Positions 47,141-59,007 of a DNA stretch of 64,000 nt are shown in pieces. Source of the DNA: Rhodosorus marinus CCMP1338 (lineage: Eukaryota; Plantae; Rhodophyta); contig JAMWBK010000005.1 in the NCBI GenBank assembly GCA_029953675.1, positions 434,001-498,000 of the forward strand. Reading direction: 5' to 3'. Both the position numbers and the translations under genes were made by a program. The number at the start of each line of letters is the position of its first letter. The first letter of the stretch is position 1. A model generated the notes under the pieces. It was not told the origin of the DNA, ran no database searches, and was given only the letters and a program-made list of their open reading frames with translations.

Positions 47141-48395
47141 TCATAGTCCCCGCACGCTTATTGACTTTGAGCAATATGGACACTGGCCGAAGAGAGCGTC
47201 GAAGCTCTGTCTAGAATCTGGGACCGAGCGAAGCCACTCGAAAAGACAGGATCTATGAAACGGACGCGAGCAAGGCTCGTAATCGCAGGCTACATCGGGT
47301 ATGCCGTGGCCCTCCAATCGGAACGCGTAACAGATACCACATTCCAGTGAAAACTCCGCAGCCTGAGTTCCAGACTTGGGCGTGTCGAAGGTGATTTCAA
47401 GAATCGCCTCCAGATTCTCAATAGGCATCAGAGCTGAGTCCCACTTGTGCAGACCCTCGTCCAACCTCGTTCGAAGGGGCCCGATCGCGGTTTCAGAACC
47501 GAAGAATCGGAATTCGGGAACCCCAGTAGGATAAGCAGTATCCAGATCGACAAGCAGAGAAGAGAACTTGCCGATCACGACCTTTCTGAAGGTTTCAGAC
47601 CTCGTCGGGTGCTCCGGTTCAACTACCCAAGTTCTCGCGTCGAAGTCATCCAGTACATCGAACAGTTTCTGGTGCTTCTCGACGAGCTCGTTGAACCTCC
47701 TGACCGTAGAAGCAATGGGCTTGTCGCCGCTTCTGGCAGGAATCTGCAACGCCGTCGGCAACTGTGTTATCGTCTTCAATATCTCAAAAGGATGCTCAGC
47801 GCTTAGAAGAATATCAATATCGTGCTTTCTTTTAGATCCATCGACAAGCCTCAGCTTCACCTTGGTTAAGGATTCATCGACAGACTCAACACTCGCCCAA
47901 CCGATGCTCTCGAGTTCATCAAGAAGGTTCCGGTAAAAGCTCGCAGTCGGTAGTCTATTCGTCAAGAGGTGCCCATGCTGATCGGCGGATTGGTTTTCCA
48001 CCGACCTCTGACATAGTTCACGAAGTTCAACTAAGAAACCATGGACGTCCTCGCCCGGTCTGTTAAGGAGCTTGGGGACGATCCACTTGTCATTCTAATT
48101 TTCGGAAAACGTGACTGGCTTGGACGTTCAGAAACTAGAAGAACCATTTCTTGCGATGAAGAGAGCGCCTTTCACAAGTTCGTACCTTCAGAAACAGTTC
48201 TAACTCAGAGTCAACCAGAACCGATGCTCCTCTCAAGCTCAATGGGCCTTCAGGACATGTCAAACGGATCTCAAACTCCTTTCTTCCGATCTGGAACATG
48301 CCTTGAAGCGCACAAAACTCCTCGCTCTCCCAGAACAGAAGAGGAAAGTCGTCCAACATCTTCTGTGCGTGCGGTCCGGTTTTCCATCCTTCCAT
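47141..48395 (-). CDS. FANCL: E3 ubiquitin ligase FANCL, 2 exons
   Basis: C-terminal RING ECGICYAFRL...PDVAC...CSRPFHRSCLFEWLRS...SFDALFGQCPYCSK. Also LDDFDARTWVVEP and the N-terminal FPLL exon. Confidence 0.95.
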
Positions 48396-48609
48396 CGGCC
48401 CAGTTCAGACCGGCTTGACGACCGACTTGATAGACCTCCACACGCTCGAGGCAAGTCCAACCAGACCTTCAGCGACGCCGGGTCATCGACAATCGAGTTC
48501 TTTTATCCATCCTCTTCAATACAAGAACTGTCGCAAAGCACCCACAAACGATTTTACGAAAGGTTGATGGACGAGCAGTGAAAGAACGGGGAAGCCATGA
48601 GAACATCTC

Positions 48610-49090
48610 ACCAGTCAGCGCTTGGGCTTTACTAGGTCCGATGAGGTGACCTTTTATCCTGATCTGAGGCGTCTTAGAAGACCACTAACAGTTCACCTGA
48701 TACATCTAACCAGATACTTTTTGGAGCTTGGCCAGGTCGATGAGGTCAGCAACTCCTCCTTTGGAAAGAATCTGAAGCTTTGTTGCAGACCAGGTCTAGT
48801 TCGTGCACCCTCACCAGCTGATACGGTTAACCAGTTAGGCAGTCGGGCTTGAGGTGATATTTCGCTTCAAGCAGTTCCGTCAGGAAAACTCTCGCGCTTG
48901 TTGGGAAAGACCACGACCAGTTCGCCATTTTAAAAAACAGGATATATCAGTTAGCTCGTCGCTTGGGTACGTCGATGAGGTGACCTTTTCCTGGAAAGCC
49001 AGGTCGTATGAAAACGATCTGAAGCCTCCTAGAGGAAGCTCACGCCAAGCTTGCCATTCTCATCCTCGCTGATATAGATACTAGTAGCCA
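48610..49090 (+). repeat. four degenerate ~100-120 bp tandem units
   Basis: GATGAGGT(GACCTTTT) at 48640, 48739 and 48974; TGAGGTGA at 48850; ATCTGA(A/G)GC at 48662, 48770 and 49018; CTGATA at 48697, 48818 and 49069. Confidence 0.55.
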
Positions 49091-49585
49091 TCGGATGAGA
49101 TTATAGTGTTGACATGTCGCTGATTTGGAACGGGGTTGTTCTTTGGGTGACTAGGCAAATGGATAGTTTTTGCAAAAGCCTCATCTTCCTTCGAAAGTAT
49201 CTGAAACCCTCTTCAAGAGCTCAGAAAAGCAACGAGTTTGTTATTCTTGACAGTTCATTAGCATCGAACTATTGCCGAGGGGGTTTGGACGGGTAGAGTG
49301 GGTCTGGTCTAGGTCTCTGGCTTTCGACTGGAACGGAGCTGCTTTGGACTCCGTGGAATGGGCATGTTACGTAAGCGACGAATCCTGTTTAGAAGGAATC
49401 TAAAAGTTTGTCGGAGTGCTGTGCAGGAGAACGAGTTCTGATCGGTCTGGTCGTCTGCCTCAGAGGGGTATGAATCCAGTGAGACCTTCCTGGGTTTTAG
49501 TTGGGAATGGAGTAGATGGATTTGTCTCTTCTGCCTAGTTCGCTGGTGAAGATATGCGAGGGAGTGGAATGGTAAGCATCTATGG

Positions 49586-51848
49586 ATGATGGGCGATTTG
49601 AGGTTGTCTAACGATGGGGTTCGAGGCCTCAATGAGAGAACGGCTAGAATCGTATCGGCTTGTGCGAGAGTCGGATCTTACGCTGAGGCTATTGGTGAGC
49701 TTGTGGTAAATTCGCTTGAAGCCGGAGCGACTGATATCAGAGTTGAGGCCGCCCCAAGTGCCTTGCGGCTTTCTGTTGTGGATAACGGGCATGGTGTTAA
49801 CAGAAGTTCACTCGAACTCCTGGGAGCTGCTGGCGCTTCATCGAAGGGCCTTTCGGATGGCTATAGAGGCTCCTTTTTAGCAGCTTTGTCGTCAGTAGCT
49901 TCTGTAGAAGTGAGAACTCGATGTGGATCAGGACCAGTCCTCCGAAAATGGCTTCGGCATGGTGAGACGCTCTTCGTTGGAGATGAGGAATTCGGTCTCT
50001 TGGAACGTGGAACCTCTGTAGACGTCTGGGAAATGTATCAGAACGTTCCTGTAAGAAAACGAACCCTTGCACAGGCCGAGCTCGGACCAGATGATCAACT
50101 CGATGCCAGTCGTCACGTATTGTCAGTGCTGTCGCTCTTTCATCCGGACACCGGATTCCATTTGACAGATGGTACAAGGTAATGCCTCCAAGAAGAACCA
50201 GAACTCGGCTGGCCAGTGCCATTTCCAGCCTCCCCGCTTAATCGCTCAATTCTTTTTTTTTTCCATGACTCAATCCAGAACAATCATCAAAGACGAGAGG
50301 AGGAGCTCGGAAGCTGGTGCATGGCTAGAACGATTGGGCGGTGTACTTGGACCTAGGGCTGGTGCACAGCTCGTACCACTCCCGAAGCATAGCTTCAATG
50401 GATTCAACGTAGACGGATTCTCCACGGAAGAACCTGTCGTTTCCTACGGCTTGGGAGATAGCCAGTTTCTTTGCATCAACGGGAGGGTGTGTGGAGATGA
50501 CGAACTCGTACGGATGATTAAGAAGGCCTGGAAACGTTCTTTTGCGAAAGCCGGCAGGCGCGATGAAGTTCCTCACAGAAAGTCACCCGCATTTTTAGTC
50601 AAGGTGAAGTGCTCAACGGAGGTATGTACTGGGGAAAGCCGTGGTGGCGTGACATACTTTGTCCTCGCGGACAAAGCCGCTTTCCAAGAGTCCATGGATG
50701 TGCTCTTCGACCAGTTCTTTGGTGTACGTCGTATCACGAAGAGAGAGCGAGTTCCTGAGAAGCGCGACGAAGCAGAACTCATTCAGCTCGGTTTCTGGGT
50801 GACAAAGCGAAATAAGACATTGTCCTTTGGGAATGAGCGCTGTATCAGCGCCAAGAGCAGATTTGATGATCGACTGCTTCCGATGGGCTCCTCGCTACTA
50901 ACTTCGGTCGACAGGCTTCCAAAACGCCAGAAACCAGCGGAGTCAGCGAACGAGATTGAAAGCCGGCTTGCGGCGATTGCTCCGGAATGGGAGAATCCTT
51001 GCTTGCCGAGCATGGGGAGGTCGCTTGCCGTGCAACGGCCTCGTGATCAAGGCGAGCGACTGCTTTCTAAAAGCTTTCGCTACGATACGAAGGTGCTCAG
51101 CGCAATGAGAGTCATCGGACATGTGGAGAACAAGCTGATTGTGGTGGTTCTGGACGATTCCATCCATGTCATTGATCAGCACGCAGCAGATGAAAGGATA
51201 CGTCTGGAGAACATGCTTTCCAGAATTAGGGAAGGAGACAGCGATTCCGTGATCAAGAAATCTCCCACTCTAAATCAAGTGCGCCTGGAGCTCACAGCTG
51301 AAGAGGAGCGCATGTATTCTATGACGAAGAACGTTCTAGAGTTCTGGGGATGGACCCTCCGCGAGAGCGTGTCGGCTCAGTCTGTTCCTCGAACCTTTGA
51401 AGTACTAAGCTTCCCGCGCATTAGTGGGATGGTAGTTGATGACACTGCCGTTCTTCACGAGCTCTTGCAAGAGCTCAAAGACCATTCCGAATCACGTTCG
51501 GTTTCTGGAGTCCCACGTGTGATGCTGCGCTACCTCGCTACGGCTGCTTGTCGCTCGGCGATCATGTTCGGAGATGTCCTTGAGCAAGATCAGTCAATCT
51601 CGCTTGTACAGAAATTGCGAGATTGTGATCTTCCGTTTCAATGCGCACACGGAAGACCATCTATTGTACCCCTTGTCAAGTTCGAGACAGGCTCACACGG
51701 TGGTCGCCTTGATAGGCGACCTATTGCCGAGCGAGTTTCAAGCGGGCTCGCGTACCTCCGGTCGAGGAATACTCCGTTGAATAGTTCCTACGGCATTGAA
51801 GAGACTCAGCGACCTACTTTCTTTAAAGAGGCGCTGAAGAGTGTATAA
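49586..51848 (+). CDS. MLH3: MutL homolog MLH3, 2 exons
   Basis: GHKL motifs ELVVNSLEAGA and VDNGHG; MLH3-type endonuclease motif DQHAADERIRLE; ACRSAIMFGD; PFQCAHGRPS. Intron 50180-50278. Confidence 0.93.
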
Positions 51849-51873
51849 CAATGTTTTTCTGGTGTATGCAGTT

Positions 51874-52672
51874 TTATTCGGTCGCAATGGCGAGTCCCTC
51901 CTTCTTTGGCTCCTCTCCACCCTTCTTCGCTTGCATAGTCGACAAGAAAGCGTTGTAACCTACCTGAATAACGTTAATGTAGAGAATTCGCTGCGAGGAC
52001 GGAATGAAGCGGAAGTTAATCACATGAGCAATCGGCCAGACAGTCCAATTAACCTTCATCGTCGGCCAGAGCTTCTCCCTAACTTCACCCTCGATCTCAT
52101 CTGCTTTGCCGTCCATGAGCTTCATAGATCCGAAGAATACTGAGGTGAAGATCGGTGCCCAGAATATTTGATCAACAGCAGTTTTCGTTGCAACGGCCGC
52201 TGCCGAAGTTGCGGCCGCCGGCATAATGGTCTATCGCAATCCATGAAGAGTAAGCAAACGTTAGGAAAACCCGAACCATGGCTGCTAGCGCTTGGAAAGC
52301 TCCTGCACTCGGTCTTCTGCTAGACTAGAAAATCTCCGATTATGTGCCCGATGAGCTTACCTTATCCAAAAATCCGTACCAATAGTGTCCAATGGGTCCA
52401 TGAAGTAAGAGTCCAAAAGCTGCTAGTTTTGTTGTGCGCCAGCTATCCCAGGGTTTTCCAGCTGCCAAATCCGGAGCCTGAGCCACGAGATCTCCAAGGA
52501 TGAATCCTGTAAAAGACTGTAAAACGAAGAAAAACCAATTCCGTCAATGGCCACGAGGCCAACCCGCAACCAGCAGCGGGATGGCTTTCGAATCTGCACT
52601 TACAGTTAAAGTCTTCGTTTGGAGAGGCTTTGCCGTCAACCTAGCATTATAAGCTGCCCAAATTCCCGCCAT
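51874..52672 (-). CDS. Mpv17/PMP22 family membrane protein, multi-exon
   Basis: YNARLTAKPLQTKTLT|SFTGFILGDLVAQ...FGLLLHGPIGHYWYGFLDK|...KTAVDQIFWAP...NWTVWPIAHVINFRFIP...NAFLS. Confidence 0.93.
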
Positions 52673-53349
52673 CCTATCCCTGTCCCTTCAAACAGTTCGA
52701 TCAAACAAAATCCCCCAAAACACCTCAAAACCAAAGGCGAGTTGCAAAAAACAAACCCTTTCCTTTCCTAAAAACACAAAAAACTAAAGTCTTACTAACC
52801 ACATATCCTCATGAACTTTCCCTACTCGCCGTCCTCTCTCCCGCCCCAGTCCCAAGGAGATTCTTCAAACCTGTTTCCACCCCTTATAAGCAAACCGATC
52901 CGCAAGCTCGATCCAATGTCATCTGTCATCCGAGTCGATAGCAAACGCCCTTAAAGGAAAATTCTAAACTCCGCTTAAACACGTCCAAAAACAATATAAC
53001 TCAAGTTCCAATTAAAAACGTGAGAGAACAAAATCGGGAAATATTGATCATAAATTTATGGACTTCCAAAATAAATAATTTCATGAAAATAGGAAGGAGC
53101 CAGACGCGGATGCGTTTTTCTCATTTCGAGATTTACAATATTTAAAATAAAATATTTTCTCTTTTATCTCAATCATTATTTATTTATTAACCAATCGAAA
53201 TCTGCATAGTGTCGACTCTTTAGAATTCAGTCAATGAAGTTGAGATTCTTCATTCAAAAAATATCTGTTTGGGCTTTGGAATTAAGGAAATAATTAGATG
53301 GGTTTGGGATTACGTGAGGCAGGGAGCGGCGAAACAGCTAAAAAGATAT

Positions 53350-53900
53350 CTTAATTTTTTTTGGATTTAAGTTGGGTAGCTCTTTATTCGAGTGGATGTG
53401 GCTGTTGGGGAGTGTTGGACAGGTTGTCCTGCTTGCTGTTTTTTTGTTTTTTTTTGGATGTGGAAGAGCATAATGACGATTATGACTGGGGGACAGAGCC
53501 TGTCCACGCTGAGGATCGGAAAGGGAGACGGTGGCGTCCAGATGAACTGTGATTTACTGAGCACTCATTGCCCTGGTTGCATCCATCCGGCTCGATTATT
53601 AGGCGAGTTCTGGTTTCGATGATGTAGGCTTCTGTTTGGGTGATCGGCCAAGCTGCCGACATGGGAGGGGTCTTTGGACATACTGGATCAATTCGCTGAG
53701 TGGTCTACGCACTTTTTTCACGAGAGTTTAGATCGCGACGTTTGGCTGGATACTGGCTAGTACAGCCATCCTGCGGAGTATCTCTCCCTGTCGATTGTTC
53801 GTCGACGAAGAAAATTTTGTTCCAGTCGCCAATAGTCCTTATACTCTTCCACACCGGTGATTGCCGGGTATCCCTTGAAGGCCTGATATTCCTCTCCCAC
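53350..53900 (-). mobile_element. possible IS630/Tc1-mariner transposase relic
   Basis: Fragments in the expected order: WNKIFFVDE, QDNLS, PNLNPK (compare W..V.F.DE, DNAS.H, SPDLNPIE). They lie in different frames with stops. Confidence 0.25.
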
Positions 53901-54749
53901 ACAGTATATAGGAAGCACGAATCTCATAGCCTGTAAATGACGGTCGCGTCACAAGCAGTTCAGTCATGCACAGCCTCATCGAGTCCTAGCCGTGTCCGTT
54001 ATTGCAGATAATGACTTACATCGATCAACGGGTTAATAGAATTCCATTTTCTTTTCTAAATAACATCGTCGAAGCTGAATGATTTGCAACCTTCGGATTT
54101 GCTTGTTAGCGTCTTGAGGGGGGGAAGTTCTCTATCTAAAAAAATAAAAAGCCGTCCAAAATATAATAAAATTCATGCTTGACATTTGGGATTAAGGGGT
54201 GCGGGGGGGGGCATTTTTTCTGGCTATCCCATCGCGATGGCTTTGGAGCGGGTCATTTCCGGTCCAGCACTTTACAAGGACTAGTGGTGATACGAGGAAT
54301 CAAATCGCTCGATCGTCAGCTGCGAGATGCAGTGCCCATTCACAACTGGCTTGCTCGCGATAGGAACTGACGAAACTTGCCCCGTACAGCTGATCGTTCG
54401 AATCAACGAACATGAATACCGGCAATTTTCTCGAGCCGTTCTCCGTAGGATGTTCCTTCATCGCTGAAAGACCCTCCGTTGGAAATACGGGTACCCCCAT
54501 GGACTTCACCCCCACTGCTCGTTTGGCTGCTATTCCCGGAGTTCGAAAGGCGCCCGTCGGTACAACTTTGTGGTCCATGATACAGTTCACGTCTCCAAGG
54601 TTTCCCTCCTACCCTTTAAGAAGGTTCATCCATTCCCTTCAGCACTATCAAACACCGATTGCAAGAGCATCGAGTACAGCTCGTATCACGCGGTTTGGAT
54701 TTCAATCAGTTGAAAAACCTTGTGTTTATTGGAACAAACTAGTTACTCT

Positions 54750-55099
54750 TCAATCCTTCAAAGGAGGCGACAGAATCGCGATGAGCGTCACGATCGTCAA
54801 AAGGCCAACAACCGGTCCAGTGTAACCTCCCCAGTCGCTTTCCTTGGAGGCGACGGTCATGAACACATCCATCACCTTGTTGGCGACCTCGACGTCCATC
54901 GTCATCCTGCAATGAACAAACAACATAAAAAAGCATAAGCCATAGTTCAGATAACTAGAGATTCAGTGAGACAATCTGATTCAAACGTGGATCGTGGCCC
55001 TTACCTAACGGGCTTGATGGCTGCTCTGGCGGGTCTCTTGGAAACCGCCGAGCGCGACACGAAAGATGAAGAAAATCCAGTAGCTCCTACGAACGCCAT
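54750..55099 (-). CDS. 83-aa plastid-targeted single-TM protein (likely thylakoid), 2 exons; missing from ORF track
   Basis: MAFVGATGFSSSFVSRSAVSKRPARAAIKPV|RMTMDVEVANKVMDVFMTVASKESDWGGYTGPVVGLLTIVTLIAILSPPLKD. Intron 54907-55004 gives an in-frame join (95+157 nt). Confidence 0.8.
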
Positions 55100-57094
55100 T
55101 GCTCCACAAAGCTTTTCAAATGCCAAAAATTGTGTATTCTCTTACCCACTTCTCCTCTAGTCTGTCGCACCAAGCCTACTTCCCGACAACTCCTCCCTCC
55201 CATGCGATTCTTCTCCAGTAGCCGCTGCCGCGAGTTCATGGTTGATAAGCTTTCCTATTCCCAATCCCCACTTTCTGCGGGCTGCGGGAGATCAGTTCAG
55301 CAACATCATGAACAAAACCCCCCGTAATCTATAATCATATATTCCAATCCAATAAAACTCACCAAGTATATAATATTAAATAAATTCAATAATTATTATT
55401 CTTAAGGAGATTTACCAACCCTCCATTCCAGTCCATTTTGTGAATCTGAGCCAAATTTGATTAGGGGTGGAACAGAGGCGCGGAGTTGCATTCATACAAA
55501 GTTAGGGGTAAACGGAAGATCGATTGACCCGAAAATAAAGGAAAATGATCAGTTTCAGTTGATTTGACGAACTGTAGACTGAATTGAAAGGGGGGTACTT
55601 GCTGGTACTTTGGAGCTCACCGAGGGTGATTTCGAAAAAGTATCAGATATTCTTATATACGATATATATATAGGATACGATACATTTGAGAGCTTCCATG
55701 GCTTTGTTCCTTTTGGCTGCTTAGGTTTTAGAGGTCCAGTGATCAACCAACAACCGATTGCTTATCTTGCCTAACGGCACCCCAATACTCTCAGGGTGGC
55801 TTGTCTGAATATACGATGTTGGTTCAGCGCTGGTGCGGTGGAGAATTTTGCGCTTTTGAACCCACCCACCCTGAACCCAGCGGTGTAGAACCCAGTAAGG
55901 ACGCATTACTGTCATCTGTGCTATCTCCAAGTGTTTTTGACTATGGACTGATGATGAATGATCCAAAACTCAATGGATTCAGAAGCAACTCCTTTTCGGA
56001 GTTCCTGGCCATGAGTGCTCAATCTTATGTGAAGCGCATGCCGAGATTCTGGTCACCGAGTAGGTTCGTGAGAGGGAGGTAAAGAGTCCGGCAGTGAGAA
56101 GTGATTAAGCTGCCTGCGGCGATGACTTCCAGGACGCAAGTACTGGGGGCTGGGGGCGCTTCAATACTGCTCTGGGTAAAGACAACCCAACCCTGCCTTT
56201 CTTTACGTGCAAGCCTCGCAGTTTTTGAGAACCCTCAAGAATAACAATTTGACAACCCAACTTCAATTTTGCTCCGCGATTCGATCACGTGCAACAGGTC
56301 CAGTGCATAGCACAACAATAGAACTGAAGCCAGGCAGTTAAATTTTCACTGCCAGGTACCCATCCACTTGATCTGGATCCGAAATGGCCTCAAGGCACGT
56401 CACCCCAATCCTCCACCATAGCAAATCCGCCAAAGTAAGTCTTGACGACAATTCCTGAAACCCTAGCGAACATCCATCACATCTACGTAACCCCTTTCCC
56501 GGGCACCAATACCTAAGGCTATTTTTCTGCACGCCCCGTACCTACGTCCAAACTATACTATAATTCTTACAAATATGAATAAAATTGATGCTAAAATTTT
56601 ACAAGGGGTTAGTTGTCTCACGACATAAGCCATATATGAGATCCGCCCACCCCCCTTGAGCTCTGGAAAGAAATGTCGCGGGCGGGTAAGCAGCTCGTAC
56701 AAATACGTTGAATGTTGCCCGCAATGAAAGGGGTGAGGCCGGCATTCTAAGCAGTTCTAGAGTAGGGGATAATTAATATATAATTTAATATAATTGGAGG
56801 GACATGTGTTTGTTAAGGGGTAGATGACTATATCAGTGCGACGCGCGGTGGATAAGAATTATGTGGTGGAGAGGAAGATATAGGGTTTTGAACGAGGAAG
56901 TATGAGAACGAATAGTAGTTAAGGAGTTGGGGATTTTCTAGAGGGAGAGGATGTGGGAGAGCTATTGAAGAACTGGACTGTCTAATTTTCGTTGTGTTCA
57001 TTTTTTTTCTGCTCATCGATAAGAGGTAGGTAGTATAGTCTGCAGGATAGAATATTTTCACAGAGTTTGTGACTGAGAATTTTTTGAGAGCAGA

Positions 57095-58732
57095 ATGGCT
57101 TTCGTGAACGTCGGGGCTGTTGGATCAGGGGTCAGAACTAAGGTTTCGGTTGAGTCCAGGGCTGGTACAAGTCGGCGGAGCTATGATCGGAGAATTAGTT
57201 TGGCGAGGATGGTTGACCTGGTAAGTTCAGCTCAGCCCTGACTTGGGTAGATGGGTTCAGTTTCCGGTCTTTACGAGGTTCTAAGGCTGAACCATATGCT
57301 GTGGTGGTTGTTTTCCTTCTTTACAGAACCCGCAACCGCAAGCAGGGAACGTTGACGCGAGCAGGGATGATCTGCTTCTCGCAGAGCTCCGCTTCAGTGA
57401 TCCGTCTCGACTACCAAACATTATCAACTTCAGAAAAGATGATATGGATGACGCCTTTTTTGCATTCGTGGATAAGAAAATTGCAGCCGAAGCGGATCTG
57501 GAGGAGAAGGAAAACCTTTCGATCTTAAAGGAAGCCGTTTTGGAGCTAATTGGCAAGGTCCAAGCTTCTGTAGAGGTATTGTACTCGTTCTATCTGAACA
57601 AGCGCCGGGTAGCAGTCTAAAACGTCAATGGCTTCCGCGTGCAAATTCTTCCCCAAGGCTGCGGAGACTGTTGAAGCACCCGTGCTCACACGTGAGGAGA
57701 GTTTCGAGAAGCTGAGGGATGATATCCTAAACTTTCCCGAAGGCGTGGCAATGGGAGTTGAGAAATACTATTCAGGGTATTCTCTCGATGAAGAGGACCT
57801 TCCTTGCTTCCTGTTTTGCTAGATCGAAATGGCCATCTGAAATGAGGCACAACCTCTCTACTGTCGCAGTATGACTCAGGAATTCCTCGCTTTGCTAACG
57901 GCACAAGCTGAGACCAGCCCGAAGGCGAAGGAAGTGCTTGAGGCTGTCTACAATAAGATGAACCTTGTAATGGCCTCTGCACAGGACAATCTGCTGAGTG
58001 CACTGAAGAGTCCTAACCCGGGAGCCCTTGTTGAAAAGCTTGAATCGTTGCATGCTGATAACAAGCTTGATGACTCGTTCATGCTGCTACTCGCGGGTAA
58101 TCTCGAACAAGCTAAGAAGGCCGGCGTTGAGAACGCAGTTCAGGCATTGCAAGAGGTCCAGAAGCAGGCGATGAGCATTCTGGATGAGAGCGTAACTCCT
58201 GAGCTCCGTCTCGTTCGCAAGCTTCTGCGAGAACCCAATGTCGACGCCCGAAGTGCGCTTATCACCGAGGCTTTTAAATCGAAAGGAAGCTTCATTCTTG
58301 ACGATGAGACGGAGACCAGCGCTGGATCAGCAGTACGTACTCCCCGACTTCGACTAGACGCACAAAAGGGAGAAGACAATGTTCCTTTCGTAGGCACTGA
58401 CGAGTAGCTTCCTATGCTTGGCAAAACAGGTTGACGCGAAGAAGTTCGTTCAGACCATGTCCGACTTGATGAAGAATTTTGGAAATATGGAGGAGGGATT
58501 CCAGCAGAATCTGAAGAGGATTGCAGCAGAAGCCGAAGAAATTGCAAAGGACCTATATGGTTACAAGGAGAAGGATATTAAGGAGCTACAGGATGAAGCG
58601 TTTGAGAAGAGAACTGTTTCCGTGTGGGAGTTGGAGCAGATGGAAATGCAAAGCGAGATGCAGGGTCAGGATACTCCTTGGGAAAATCCGAGGGCAGCTG
58701 GATTTGACGACACTGGAAAGAGAATTGTATGA
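57095..58732 (+). CDS. plastid-targeted helical protein of unknown function, 5 exons
   Basis: MAFVNVGAVGSGVR... transit peptide. Exons join in frame through GT-AG introns. PELRLVRKLL...RSALITEAF weakly recalls Arabidopsis At4g37920-like proteins (unverified). Confidence 0.8.
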
Positions 58733-59007
58733 AAAAACAAGAGTTCGAAGATTGTCTACAGTTGGCTGGGATGAAGCCGGGGCATGGTCGTTTGAGCAAC
58801 CCCGAGAGAATGCTCTTCGAGAGGGACAATCATTGCCGTCAAATGGGAATAGTTGACTCGGACGAGCCGTGCTCTTGTTCTTCCTTTGCTTTTATGGTTC
58901 ACAGCTTTCGATGTCAAAACCTGGACGAGCATATTTACAATAGATGTGACAGCGCAACCTTCCTGGCTCGTACGTTATGTAACAGAATCCCACGGTATTC
59001 ACAGAGC

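Noticed and set aside
48610-49090. CRISPR-like interpretation of the repeats
   Set aside because: Eukaryotic context, repeats too degenerate, spacers related to each other, and no cas genes.
52795-52812. Short uORF (MRICG*) upstream of Mpv17
   Set aside because: The TSS and 5' UTR splicing are unknown, so it may not be in the transcript.
17841-56608. CCCCGTA ... AT-rich ... TA(C/A)nGGGG brackets in several intergenic regions (17841, 19828, 22487, 55320, 56534) suggesting a MITE or promoter frame
   Set aside because: The arms are only 4-7 bp, the interiors do not align, and a 7-mer is expected a few times per strand in 64 kb by chance.
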